A stretch of 64,000 nucleotides of DNA. Origin: Octopus sinensis. Lineage: Eukaryota. The DNA lies in the NCBI RefSeq assembly GCF_006345805.1, contig NC_043007.1, positions 9,982,001-10,046,000 on the forward strand, in the 5' to 3' direction. The notes under the pieces are model-generated. The model did not search any database. It was not told the origin of the DNA and saw only the letters and a list, made by a program, of their open reading frames with translations. This document shows positions 12,521 to 25,393 of the stretch, in pieces; within the stretch, counting starts at the first letter, position 1, and each line of letters begins with the position of its first letter. The translations under genes and the position numbers were made by a program.

Positions 12521-12889
12521 GTGCGCCAAACATACACATGTATGCGCGCGCACGCGCCTTCAAGGGTTAGCGGTAGAGAGAAAGGGAGCGAGAGAGAGAG
12601 AGAGAGAGAGTGCTGGGTAAGGGAGAATCGTAGCTGTTATAATTATTGTTATTATTGTTATCATTATTATTATCATTATTGTAACGTTGACATTCATTCA
12701 CACAAGGCGAACCATTCTGTTGACATTCTTTTACCCTCCCCCAATACGAACTAGTCTTCGGCACGGATTTAACCTAAATATGGCATAGCATACTACTAGC
12801 AACTAGGTTTTTACTGATTTTATTGGGTCCGATTCCTCACTGATTTTCACCTTATATTAAAAGTCAAAACCAACCCCCTAAGGAATAGT

Positions 12890-13420
<531 letters not shown>

Positions 13421-13812
13421 CCTGTCCAACTATTTCTTGTTCCATATTATATTTATTATTATTATTATCATTAGTAGTAGTAGTAGTTACTACACGTTAC
13501 TTTTGGCCACAACAGATGATTGTAAATTTAAGAATTCTGAGGCTCTGTTCAATTCTCTTTCCAATACGTTTGCATGCGGGATCGTTGGATCCACCCCTCC
13601 CCCCATAATATAATTCGTCAATGGATGATGATACTATCCTGCAATCGTGTGTGGTTATATATAATTAGGTATATTATGTGTATGGATATGATTGTATATA
13701 TATAGATATATATTTTTACATACAAATTTTTTAAATATTTTAATCTTCGGATTCTTTTTAATATGCTGGGCCAATGGTTTTAATTGACTAATATCAATTT
13801 CTACCCTTATTA

Positions 13813-13849
<37 letters not shown>

Positions 13850-14369
13850 ATATATATATATATATTCTCTTATTACAATTTGCATGACTGGCCTGGCTCT
13901 TAACGAAAGGTTTTCTCGCCGTATTTCTTTAATATTTTTATCCCTCTGCTTTACTTTCGACTAACATGCAAGCTACTCTGCTCTACTCTTCTCTAAAATA
14001 TGTGCCTTCGGAGGAAGTTAAGTTGGTTGTTGCTCGAGAATAGTAGTATTAGGTTAACGTTGGCTTCTTTTGCTTTACTTTCTTTTGCCTTTCCTTTTCG
14101 TTCTTTTTTTTTTTTTTTTTTTTAGGCTACTAGAGCAACCTAACCAACGAAACTGCTGTCTACCATGTGTACAAAAATTGACATGTGTTTTTTCAGAAGC
14201 CTTCACCCCCCCCCTACTTCATGCACATCAACACACACAGAGGTTACGCACATCCATGTGTGTGTATAATACATATGGGCACGTATGTATGTATGTATGT
14301 ATGTATGTATGTATGTATGTATGTATGTATGTATGTATGTATGTGTGTATGTATGTGTGTATGTATGTA

Positions 14370-14408
<39 letters not shown>

Positions 14409-14418
14409 CATGGTTTTG

Positions 14419-15286
14419 CTGTTAATTGTTTGCTTTTCCTTGAGAGCATGGGTCGGACGAAATTTGTTGAGGCGGATTTTCTACGGCTGGATGCCCTTCC
14501 TATCGCCAACACGCATCTGTTTCCAAGTGTGTGCGTGTGTATTGTTTTATTGAAGCTGAAAAAAGCAAAAAAACTTCACAGACATACAGATCCACTGTTG
14601 TACACATAATAAACACACGTATTATGCACCACAGTCACTGTTAATTTACTTTTCCATGGGTCGGATGAAATTTGTTGAGGCAGATTTTCTACGGCTGGAT
14701 GCCCTTCCTATCGCCAACACGCATCTGTTTCCAAGTGTGTGCGTGTGTATTGTTTTATTGAAGCTGAAAAAAAAAAAAAAAATAACTTCACAGACATACA
14801 GATCCACTGTTGTACACATAATAAACACACGTATTATGCACCCCAGTCACAGTTAATTTACTTTTCCATGAGAGCATGGGTCGGATGAAATTTGTCGAGG
14901 CGGATTTTCTACGGCTGGATGCTCTTCCTTTCGCCAACACGTATCTGTTTCCAAGTGTGTGTGTGTATTGTTTTATTGAAGCTGTGAAAGGTAGGAGAGT
15001 CCAGTTTGCTGGACATTGTTGTAGAGCTGAAAAAGAAGTAATTTCTACTCTTCTCCTTTGGAAGCCATCTACTCGCAATACCAGAGGGCGCACACTCTCC
15101 TACCCTGATCCAGCAACAGGACCTCTGTAATGCCACTATGGACCGTGAAGTCTGGCGTAGCATGGTAAATTCCATTGTCTCAACCACGGTCGAACAATGA
15201 TGATGAAAAAAAAAAAGAACTTCACAGACATACACAGATCCACTGTTGTACACATAATAAACACGCATATTATGCACCACAGTCAC
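14419..15286. repeat. Tandem triplication of a ~215 bp unit
   Basis: Units 14419-14637, 14638-14849 and 14850-15286 (third carries a LINE insert); each unit holds an antisense family F tail plus unique sequence. Confidence 0.92.
14985..15205 (+). mobile_element. RTE/RTEX-type LINE 3' end
   Basis: KGRRVQFAGHCCRAEKEVISTLLLWKPSTRNTRGRTLSYPD, then after a frameshift QQQDLCNATMDREVWRSMVNSIVSTTVEQ* and a (TGA)n tail. Confidence 0.8.
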
Positions 15287-15703
15287 ACAAAGCAGAAACC
15301 TCGCAATTTGACAAATATAGGTCATTGAAATAACTCTGAAGTAAACTAAAATCTCCCAAGTGTGGCCCCAGCATGACAACAGTTCTATGACTGAATCCCA
15401 GTAAAAGGATAAAAGTTTATGTGACATTTGCTATCTCTTTCCATTTGTTTGTTTTGCTCCTTTCTTTTCTCCTGTCCCACAAGCACAGCTACCCTTTCTC
15501 TTTACAAGTTCCTGTTCCCTTTCAAATCGTTCCTTTTTTAGCCTGATGTATTTTTTTTTTTTACTGGTTGTATATCTTTTCTTTAATGCAGAATGCCACT
15601 CAACCAATTTCCTCTATACATCACTACATCACGCAACAACTCAGCTTTGTATTGTCATTTATGTCGAAAGACCATAAACGCGCACGCGCACATGCACACA
15701 CAC

Positions 15704-16755
15704 GTGCTGGTGCCATATAAAAAAGCACTGGTGCTGGTGCCACATAAAAAAGGCGCTGGTGTTGATGCCACATAAAAAAGGCGCTGGTGTTGATGCCACA
15801 TGAAAAGGCACTGGTGCCGGTACCATGTACAGAAAGCCACTTGCTGTGGTGCCTGTGCCATGTAAAAACCAACTGGTGCTGGTGTTGATGCCACATAAAA
15901 AGCATGGTGCTGGTGCCACATGAAAAGGCACTGGTGAAGTACCATGTAAGAAAGCACTGGTGTGGTGCCATGTAAAACCCTGGTGCTGGTGTTGATGCCA
16001 CATGAAAAGCACTGGTGCTGGTGCCACATGAAAAGGCACTGGTGCCGGTACCATGTAAGAAAGCACTGGTGCTGGTGTCACATGAAAAGGCACTGGTGCT
16101 GGTACCATGTAAGAAAGCACTGGTGCTGGTGTCACGTAAAAAGCACCGGTGCTGGTACCACATAAAAAGTGCTGGTGCCACATGAAAAGGCACTGGTGCT
16201 GGTGCCACATGAAAAGGCACTGATGTTGGTGCCACATAAAAAAGGCACTGGTGTTGATGCCACATAAAAAGCACTGGTGCTGGTGCCACGTAAAAAAGCA
16301 CTGGTGCTGGTGCCATGTAAAAACCACTGGTGCTGGTGTTGATGCCACATAAAAAGCACTGGTGCTGGTGCCACATGAAAAGGCACTGGTGCCGGTACCA
16401 TGTAAGAAAGCACTGGTGCTGGTGCCACGTAAAAAGCACCGGTGCTGGTACCACGTAAAAAGTGTTGGTGCTACATGAAAAGGCACTGGTGCTGGTGCCA
16501 CATGAAAAGGCACTGATGTTGGTCCCACATAAAAAAAGGCACTGGTGTTGATGCCACATAAAAAGCACTGGTGCTGGTGCCACGTAAAAAGCAGTGGTGC
16601 TGGTGCCACGTAAAAAGCACTGGTGCTGGTGCCACGTAAAAAAGCACTGGTGCTGGTGCCACATAAAAAAGGCACTGATGCTGGTGCCACATGAAAAGGC
16701 ACTGGTGCTGGTACCACATGAAAAAGCACTGGTGCTGATGTCACATGAAAAAGCA
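15704..16755 (+). repeat. Minisatellite of ~20-35 bp units (CACATGAAAAGGCACTGGTGCTGGTGC consensus)
   Basis: Dozens of variant units; a higher-order block recurs at 16143 and 16436; runs directly into a family C body. Confidence 0.95.
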
Positions 16756-16913
16756 CCCAGTATACTTTGTAAATTAGTTGGCATTAGGAAAGGTATCCAG
16801 CTGTGCCAATGCAGGCAATAGGGCCTGGTGCAACTCCTGGCCTTACCAGTTCCTATCAAACCATCCAACCTATGCCAATACGGAAAACCAATGTTGTGGA
16901 TGATACTGATGAC
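16745..16913 (+). mobile_element. Family C body ending the minisatellite
   Basis: AAAAGCACCCAGTATAC...GGCATTAGGAAAGGTATCCAGCTG...CCATCCAACCTATGCC...GATGATACTGATGAC. Confidence 0.8.
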
Positions 16914-17335
16914 ATCCTCTTTGTTTTTTTTCTGTTCTCTGTACAGCTTGTTCAAAATTTATTGCTGGTTGAAAGACTATATATTTTCCTGTTTGGTTTT
17001 TCTAATTTTTTACATTACTGTTTTTCTGTGAATATTTTTCTGCCTTTCTTCATTTTCTTATTTATTCCTCTATACTCTGGTAGCTTCCATGTTGCCTATT
17101 TGGCCAGATGAAATAATATTTTCAGGATGCATTGAAATTGTGATGATATTTGGTTGGCAGGTGATGATGGGTTTAAATGCATTTGTATTAATGGGCATTC
17201 ATTACACACACACACACACAAGTGTGTGTGTATGTATATATGTAATGCATACATATATGTGCGTGTATACACACATACAGGTATATATATATATATATAT
17301 ATATCTGCCATACTTATAGTATATACTTATAGTAA

Positions 17336-17917
17336 ATCCTCCGCATCAAATGGCAGAATCATATCCCCAACAAAGATGTCCTCAGGCAAGCAGGAATACC
17401 AAGCATGTTTGCACTCCTCACACAAAGACGTATGAGATGGCTTGGGCGTGTTAGCCGTATGAAAGATGGCAGAATCCCCAAGGACATACTCTACGGAGAG
17501 CTTGCTAGGGGTACTAGGTCTGTGGGTAGACCGATCTTACGTTACAGGGATGTTTGCAAAAGGGATATGAAGGCCTGCAACATCAATATTAGCGGTTGGG
17601 TGGCAGTTACCGGCAACCGTGGAGAATGGCGACGTACAGTAAAAGAGGGAATACAAAAGAGTGACAGAGAGAGAGAGGAGAAATGGAAAGACAAGAAAAG
17701 ACGTCAACAAGAGACTATGGCACTACAACCAGCCAGGAACAGTCTTCGCTACATTTGCGGTACCTGCCAGAGGGAGTGTTTGTCCAGGATAGGACTACAC
17801 AGCCACAGCAGGAAACGTATCAGGACATGAAATATAAAAACCGGACTAGACTACAAAAAAAAAGAACATGCGCAACTCCATTGTCTCCCGAGACAGAAAG
17901 GATGCCAATACAATACA
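17336..17917 (+). mobile_element. 5'-truncated RTE-clade LINE (BovB/RTE-1-like ORF2 C-terminus)
   Basis: Open frame ILRIKWQNHIPNKDVLRQAGIPSMFALLTQRRMRWLGRVSRMKDGRIPKDILYGEL...CGTCQRECLSRIGLHSH (zinc-finger-like end), (CAATA)n tail, candidate TSD ATAGTATATAC at 17316-17326 and 17918-17928. Confidence 0.9.
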
Positions 17918-17961
17918 ATAGTATATACGTATTGTGTATATGTATATATCTTGTCTCATTC

Positions 17962-18298
17962 ATCTTTTACTTGTTTCAGTCATCAGAATGTGGCCATACT
18001 GGGGCACTACCTTGAAGAATTTTAGTCAAATGAATTGACTCCAGTACTTATTTTTTTAAATACGTGGTACTTATTCTATTGTTATCTTTTGCCAAACCAC
18101 TAAGTTATGGTGACATAAACCAACACTGGGTGTCGAATAGAGACACATACACACAACAAGCTTCTTTCAGTTTCTGTCTATCAAATTCACCGACAAGACT
18201 TTGGATTGGCCTATGACTTTTGTAGAAGACACTTGTCCAAAGTGCCCTGTGGTGGGACTGAACCTGAAACCGTGTGATTGGGAAGCAAACTTCTTACT
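17962..18298 (-). mobile_element. Family A SINE, degenerate
   Basis: Colinear with the family A consensus. Confidence 0.8.
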
Positions 18299-19687
18299 AT
18301 GAAGGCTAGCAAACCAAAACCTCAAAGTCACTGTCGACACTCTTGTAAAAATATGATAAATATGTACTCTACAAAATGTATTGAGTAATCCCCTAGTTTA
18401 ATGCAAAATTACTTTTATTGTAACTCTATATAATAAAAACAAATGTGTGTGTGTGTGCATGTTTATAAATATTTGCGTAATATGTATGAATGTATGGTAT
18501 GCATGTGTATGTATATATATATACACACACACACACACAAACATACATACAAGTAACTGTGATATCTTCTAATAATTTTCTTCATAAACCTCTATCCTTG
18601 TCGCAATACTGTTTATTCCAATAAAATTCTGTGTAGAGGGAATCCAGGACACCAACAGCCTGCTGCTGCTGTTGCTGATGCTGCTACTACTAATCTACAA
18701 TATTTTTACCATCACTAAATTGTCTCCCCCACAGTCCTCTTGCTGTTCTATTTTACCTTAAATTTTTGGAAACCTACCCTTACAGTTTTTGAATGTCTTA
18801 AAGGATTGATGTGCATATTCTTATGGCCCATGGCCTGAGTTAGTAGTCTGTAATTATATATAATTAATGGTATAAATTTCTTGACTCTCTGCCAGGGATC
18901 CCTAAATCAAGATGGAACGATGCAAAAATCTTAGCATGTTTCCTTAGACCTTTCTTTCTCTCTCTCTCTCTCTCCTCCCTCTCTATTTTCTTCTTCTCTC
19001 CTCTTCTGTTTTGCTTTCAGAATCTCAGAAAGAAATTGTCATAGAGGTCAACACATTCTGTGCCCGAGCTTGGCACTTTACCAAAATCAGTTAGACTTTT
19101 AGAGTATTTTCAGTCTATTAGAACTCCAAGCTTCATGTGTGTCTTCCTCTTGTTTTTGGCCAAATTACAGTTTTTCACCTTCATCATTATAATAGCCTAA
19201 CTTACATCTGCTGTGGCAACTTATTCATCAGATAGTAATACAGCACAGAGAAATTTGAGGGAAATTTGGCTGTTGTGTTTACCATGTCAAATAATTGCAG
19301 AAGGTATATACTCTGCACACTCACTTATACAGATAATCTGTTTTTATTAACTGTTCTGCTGATAGAAGACTTTGCAAAGACTATTTTAGGAAGTAAAATT
19401 AAATCTCTAAGGAAAAGAATTCCTGTGGTCTTAGCAGATGTCTAAAAGTATCTATGGCAGAACTAAACCAAGTAACACACGAGTAGATTTTATTATCATC
19501 TGGTTAATGTTGAGTGAAATTTGATTGGGAATTTGGCTGTTGTTTTTAGCTGGTCAGACAACAGTGGAAGGTATAAATTCAACATACACAGATAAACTGC
19601 TTTATTAGCTGTTCTGCAGGGAGAAAATATTCTATAGATTATTCCTGGAGGTAAAAATAAACCATGAAGGAAAAAAACACTTATGGT

Positions 19688-20076
19688 CTCTTCTACTTGT
19701 TTCAGTCATTTGACTGTGGCCATGCTGGAGCACCGCCTTTAGTCGAGCAAATCGACCCCGGGACTTATTCTTTGTAAGCCTAGTATTTATTCTATCGGTC
19801 ACTTTTGCTGAACCACTAAGTTACGGGGCCGTAAACACACCACCATCGGTTGTCAAGCAATGTTGGGGGAACAAACACATACACACACACACATACATAC
19901 ATACATATATACGACAGGCTTCTTTCAGCTTCTGTCTACCAAATCCACTCACAAGGTTTTGGTCGGCCCGAGGCTATAGTAGAAGACACTTGCCCAAGGT
20001 GCCACGCTGTGGGACTGAGCCCGGAACCATGTGGTTGGTGAGCAAGCTACCTACCGCACAGCCACTCCTATGCCTA
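19688..20076 (-). mobile_element. Family A SINE, full length
   Basis: Near-identical to 6012-6421. Confidence 0.9.
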
Positions 20077-20077
20077 C

Positions 20078-20510
20078 AGACGTTTGGTTAGGCAACTTGC
20101 CCAGGCTAATAAGTCATATTGGTGTTTCGATATCTGAATGTCCTTTCTGTGCTCATCTCGACTACAGAGATGATAGCAGTAGTTCAGTCCCTGAATTTAT
20201 TGATCCTGACTGTTGACACTTTGCTGCTTATTTCATCCACTCAGCATCTAGGGTTATTCACCATTGACTCAATAAGTTCATCTACCAAAACAGCTCACAC
20301 ACACACACCTTGCTGCATTCCATGATTTCAACATAACCCTGGCATGGCTGGTTACCAAGTACCAGTCCTCGCCAAGGGGCCACCTGTGATTTGGTCCAGA
20401 GCTGTTTATTCCCATATCCACAGCTGACTTATATTTTACAAGCTAATTAACCCATAGCTGGGACCCTGATGGATGCTACTACTCTGGATCAGAGTAAACC
20501 TGGGAACAAC
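20078..20510 (+). mobile_element. Old LINE remnant (endonuclease region), related to 44770-45170
   Basis: Two diverged colinear copies with a DFN motif (CATGATTTCAAC / AGTGATTTCAACGTA) and a shared 3' segment. Confidence 0.4.
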
Positions 20511-20803
20511 AGTGTCTTCTATAGCCCCAGGCTGACCAAATCATTGTGAGTGGATTTGATAGATAGAAACTGAAAGAATCTCATTCTATATGTCTGTCTA
20601 TGTATATATGTGTGTGTGTTTTTGTGTCTACCTTCCCACTGCTTGACAACTGGTGCTGGTTTGTTTACATTCATGTAACTTAATGGTTTGGCAAAAGAGA
20701 CTGATAAAATAAGTACCTATAAGTGCTGGGGTCAATTTGTTTGATTAAAACCCTTCGAGGCATTGCCCCATAGTCCAATGGCTGTAACAAGTAAAAGATA
20801 AAA
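20510..20803 (+). mobile_element. Family A SINE, 5'-truncated and degenerate
   Basis: Central and tail modules of family A. Confidence 0.7.
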
Positions 20804-21714
20804 AATTCCGTTGGGTGTAGTATGCATATGTATACTTTTTACTCGCTAGTAGGAAGTATTTTGCAAGAATTGATTTGCATATGATTAGCATATTTACATA
20901 ACTAGCATAAATTGAATCAGCACAATGAGGGTCAAAGTGATTATTGTCATGTGAGTCATTGTTGTTTAACCCAAGGTCAGTCCTAAATAAGCAGCTCTAT
21001 GATCATAGCCTTGACTATCCCATCTTTTTTGGATTAGTTTCATCTATGACATTACCTTCTATTTTATCTAGTGTTTCCTTCCATTTTATTTAAGATGATA
21101 GGGTATAATTTTAGGGAATTAAAGTTGCTACATCTAGTAGGTGTAATGATCTTGTAGCGATCCCATGTTTCATAGAGTGCAGGTAAGCACCTTGTGAGCT
21201 GCGTCTACAATCTGATTCTTTTTTTTTTTTTACCTGATTCTGATTGGAACCTTACAGCAATGAGCTGAGCCATATTTATTAGGCTGGGGAAAAAAATGTC
21301 AGGTTGACATTCCATTCACTCATTACATGATAGTAAAATATTTAAAACCACTTGAGTCATAAATGTGTTACAGAACAATTTTCATTTCATAAAAATATAC
21401 ATTGTAGCCACACAGTGTGACTGAAACCAACTTCTCAACTACAAAGCTGTGCATACCTAAGTATATGTGTGAATGTGTGTGCTTGGATAGAGAAATTTAA
21501 AAGAATACTTTGGTCCAATAGTAAAACATCTGTCATGTTCAAAGATGATGTAGGCTTGAATCCCGCAGATGGCCTTCAACTTATTCTATTCAAAATGTTT
21601 TTTAACCCAATATTTACATGCTATTATTTATAGCTTTATCTATATTGAGTTTCACTGTCCCAAAAAAGAATTATTTCACATTCTCTTGAAGTTTATAAAT
21701 TCTTATACATACAC

Positions 21715-21983
21715 CATCATCATCATTGTTTAGCATCTGCCTTCCATGCTGGCGTAGTTTTTGTCTGTTTTGGCATGGTTTTTATGGCTGAATGTTCTTT
21801 CTGGTACCAAGCAACCTGCAGAGTAGATTTAGTGCTTTTTATATGGCACCAGCACAAGCAAGGTCAGTTTTGGCATGGTTTTTACAGCTGGGTGCTCTTC
21901 CAAATGCCAACCATCTCACAGGATGGACTGGATGCTTTTTACGTGGCACCAATACGGTCACCAAGTAACTTGCAAGACAAGGA

Positions 21984-21985
<2 letters not shown>
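21715..21985 (-). mobile_element. Family C element, degenerate
   Basis: (CAT)n tail and GTGCTTTTTA.ATGGCACC modules. Confidence 0.7.
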
Positions 21986-22005
<20 letters not shown>

Positions 22006-22014
<9 letters not shown>

Positions 22015-22196
22015 ATTTAGGGTATCTAAGAGATACCACCACGCTGGAAACAGCAGCCAAAACTTGACTCTAAAACCACATTAAATGTTCATGAACATTT
22101 ATGTGGTTCATGAACATTTAATTTGGTTTTAGAGTCAAGTTTTGGCTGCTGTTTCCAGTGTGGTGGTATCTCTTAGATACCCTAAATTATAATTTT
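22006..22196. repeat. 191 bp near-perfect palindrome
   Basis: Arms 22006-22096 and 22106-22196 (91 bp, 2 mismatches), 9 nt loop. Confidence 0.95.
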
Positions 22197-22267
22197 AATA
22201 ATTACCTTTGAAAGTTTTTATTCCCTTGCTGGCCACTTGATATTTAGATTAACAATCTTATCCTTTT

Positions 22268-22314
<47 letters not shown>

Positions 22315-22325
22315 TATATATATAT

Positions 22326-22705
22326 CTTTTATGTTAACTTATTTGAGTCATTGGACCAAGGCCTTGGAAGGTTTAAGTTAAACAAATTGACCCTAGTACT
22401 TATTATTTCAAGTTTAGTATTCTATTGGTTTCTTCTGCTGAATCGCTAAGTTACAGGAGTGTAAACAAACCAACACCATTTGTCAGGCAGTTTTTTTGGG
22501 GGGGGGACTAACACATACACAAAAGCACACATATGTACATATGACAGGCTTCTTTCAGTTTTGTCTACCAAATCCACTGATAAGGCTTTGGTCGGCCCGT
22601 GGCTATAGTAGAAGACACTTGCCCACGGTGCCATGCAGTGGATGGAACTGGTCTCAGAGCCATGTATGTGGTTGAGAAGCCAACTTCTTACCACACAGTC
22701 AAGCC
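22326..22705 (-). mobile_element. Family A SINE, degenerate
   Basis: Colinear with the family A consensus. Confidence 0.8.
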
Positions 22706-23323
22706 ATTATAGCTAGCTTTGTTGACACACTACTTTTTGGACCCTCAAATCTCACCCACTTCTATCAAGTTGCTTTCCTGCTTTCTTTTATTCTTATATG
22801 AATACATCAACACACACACACACACACATGCATACAAGGCCATTTATACAGGTTTCTTTTGACTAGGTACACCAGTTCTTTATTTTCTGACATCATTAAT
22901 ACAGACAGTTGAATGCTGAAGAATTAAATAAACTCAGATTTATTAATAAACTAACCTTATTTTGAAACATGTGTTTGTGTGTATCTGTGTATGTCTGTAA
23001 TATTTGATTGACCTTTACTATCATTCCACAGTTTGATATTGTTTTCTTTTATTTCCTCAGATGTTTTGTTGGTTAGTTGATCTCTGTCTGTGCATCATGC
23101 AAATAAATAAACTCTCTCGCATTTCGTTTTATTTTCATGCTTATTTTTATTCGTTTGGTAAACAAACAACAACCAAAAAACAAACAAAAAAAAAACACAC
23201 ACACACACACACCGAATAAAACTCTGCTGGAAACTTTATAGTCCTTATTTGTATAACACATGGTTAGATATCTAAATAATCACAAAGTGTTGTGTGTAGG
23301 TATGTATGTGAAGCATATAGCTA

Positions 23324-23516
23324 TCATCATCATCATCATCATCATCATCATCGTTTAACGTCCATTCTCCATGCTAGCATGGGTTGGCCGGTTCGATCGG
23401 GGATCTGGGAAGCCAGAAGGCTGCACCAGGCTCCGGTCTTATCTGGCAATGTTTCTACAGCTGGATGCCCTTCCTAACGCCAACCACTCTGTGAGTGTAG
23501 TGGGTGCTTTTTACAA
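23324..23516 (-). mobile_element. Family C element, young, 5'-truncated
   Basis: (CAT)n tail through GTGGGTGCTTTTTAC; a second, older copy follows at about 23590-23810. Confidence 0.88.
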
Positions 23517-24344
23517 ATGTTTATATTCACTTACATGTATGCTTGTTTTTGTATGTACACACACAGTATGTATAGATGTGTATGTATGTATGTATCGTCA
23601 TTTAAGATCCATTTTTGCATGCTGGTATGTGTTGAATGGTTTGACAGGATCCAGTGAACCACAGGGCCAGCGTTGAGCTCCAGTGTCAGCTTTGGCATGC
23701 TTTCTATGAATGGATGCCCTTCCTAATACTAACCACTTTACAGTGTGTACTAGGTGCTTTTCTCATACCAGTGGCACCAGTGAGGTTGCCAAGTAACTTC
23801 CAGGACGAGAAAAGTGTAGGAAAAGGAAAATGAAAAGCCACCCACACATGGCTAAGTGGAGGAGTAGTATTTGAGAGTGAGGAAGTCTTGCTGTAGAGAA
23901 GATACGTGGCTATCCCATATTTTATAAGGGTGAGTGGGACTAAGGCAGATTGTAATTTTAGGGTGCCAGAGCAAACACCCAATGTACAAGAAGGTTGAAA
24001 GCAAAAGTTTTTGGCATACCTACCCAAGTGTACCCCTCCTTGACTTTGTTCCTTCATACCTTTCTGAAAAATAGGTATATTTTTATGAAAAGAAAAAACA
24101 AAAATTGAAGGTTATATATCTACAAAATTAAATTTGAAATTCTGAAAAAGTTGTGATGTATGTCAGTATATATGTGTGTGCACCCACCATTTTTTTCTAA
24201 CATTAAAATCTGATATAATTTTAATTTACACCACTCAAAAGGTATTTGTAGAAAATTTCATTAAAAAAATATTTCTTTTTCCTGAAATTTATGAGGAAAC
24301 AAAGTATACCAATTTTTTAACCATACCTGCATCTAGTTTAATAT

Positions 24345-24829
24345 GGCAAGCAAGCACAGGGGAAAGCACATCTCGAAAGAGTCCAGAAGCTGGCTACCCA
24401 CATGGTTCTTGGTCTCAAGCATTTGTCTTATGAAGAAAGGCTGAAGACGCTCGACCTTTATTCTCTAGAAAAACGCCGCCGCTGTGGTGATCTCATTCTT
24501 GCTCACAACATCATAAGCGGAAAGTGTAACCTCTCGAAAGAGCTGTTCTTCACTCCTGCTCCAGAGCGTCGGCTGCGGGGACACTCTGAAAAGCTCTATC
24601 TGCGATGATTTCATCTCAATCGAAGGAGAGGGGCTTTCTCCGTCCGGGTTGCGGATCCGTGGAATAAGCTGCCGGACGAGATAGTGAAGATGCCGACGAC
24701 CGCTCGGTTCAAAGTCTCTCTTGACCAGAAATGGCCTGAACTCTTTGCATGAACACCACCCTGTACATAACTCCATGTCCCCCTACATGGCCTTGCTTTT
24801 TGCTTTTTGAGCAAAAAAAAAAAAAAAAA
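24345..24829 (+). mobile_element. 5'-truncated CR1-clade LINE 3' end with poly(A)
   Basis: HLERVQKLATHMVLGLKHLSYEERLKTLDLYSLEKRRRCGDLI...RLRGHSEKL..*FHLNRRRGAFSVRVADPWNKLPDEIV...FKVSLDQKWPELFA*, short UTR, A-tract. Confidence 0.92.
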
Positions 24830-25393
24830 TTCTAGTGGGATGTAATTTCCAAAAGAAGGTTCTGGTGAAGTATTTCAGTGTAAGATTTGAGAGGTGGGAC
24901 ACTTGAATTGGGTTAAAGAAAGAAGAGAGGCATGTTTAGACAGTATAAAGTTGATTTTGTGTGTTAAGAAGAATAGAGGCCATTGTGATAGCATTGGAAG
25001 AAAGAGAAAAAAAAGAGGCGGGGCACATCCTGATGATAATGTGCTAGTGTTAGTATGGATGGGTTTAATGAGAAAAGACATGGCTGGTGAATAGTTTGAA
25101 TACTGAGCTCTTAATGAATGTTTGAAAAAGCTCTTGAGTTTAAACTCTGCTAATTTGTGTTAGTAAGGGGACATTTAATCTAGTTGTCTCAGGTATACTT
25201 AGATTGTTGATATGAAAGCTATGTAGGTATGCCGAGTTAGAAAGAAGGTAGGGGACAAAGTAATGAAATCTGTAATTAATCATAAAATTAACTTTTTTTT
25301 TTGTGACTAAATTTCTATTGAATTTCACTACTTTTGTTTAAGTTAACTTTGAAAATAATGAAGACTTTAGTAAATTAACTCTGTCGTCGTTAA

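Noticed and set aside
13502-13638. Open minus-strand segment IVSSSIDELYYGGRGGSNDPACKRIG as an exon
   Set aside because: Phase-compatible with neighbouring candidates, but the acceptor lacks a pyrimidine tract, the donor is weak and there is no recognisable homology.
14070-14609. 179 aa plus-strand ORF
   Set aside because: Runs through poly-T, (TATG)n and an antisense SINE tail.
15704-16755. CRISPR-like array
   Set aside because: No unique spacers, units are variable and contiguous, no cas genes, eukaryotic context.
15624-16955. 443 aa and 365 aa minus-strand ORFs as genuine genes
   Set aside because: They coincide with the minisatellite and a family C body; openness follows from the unit sequence.
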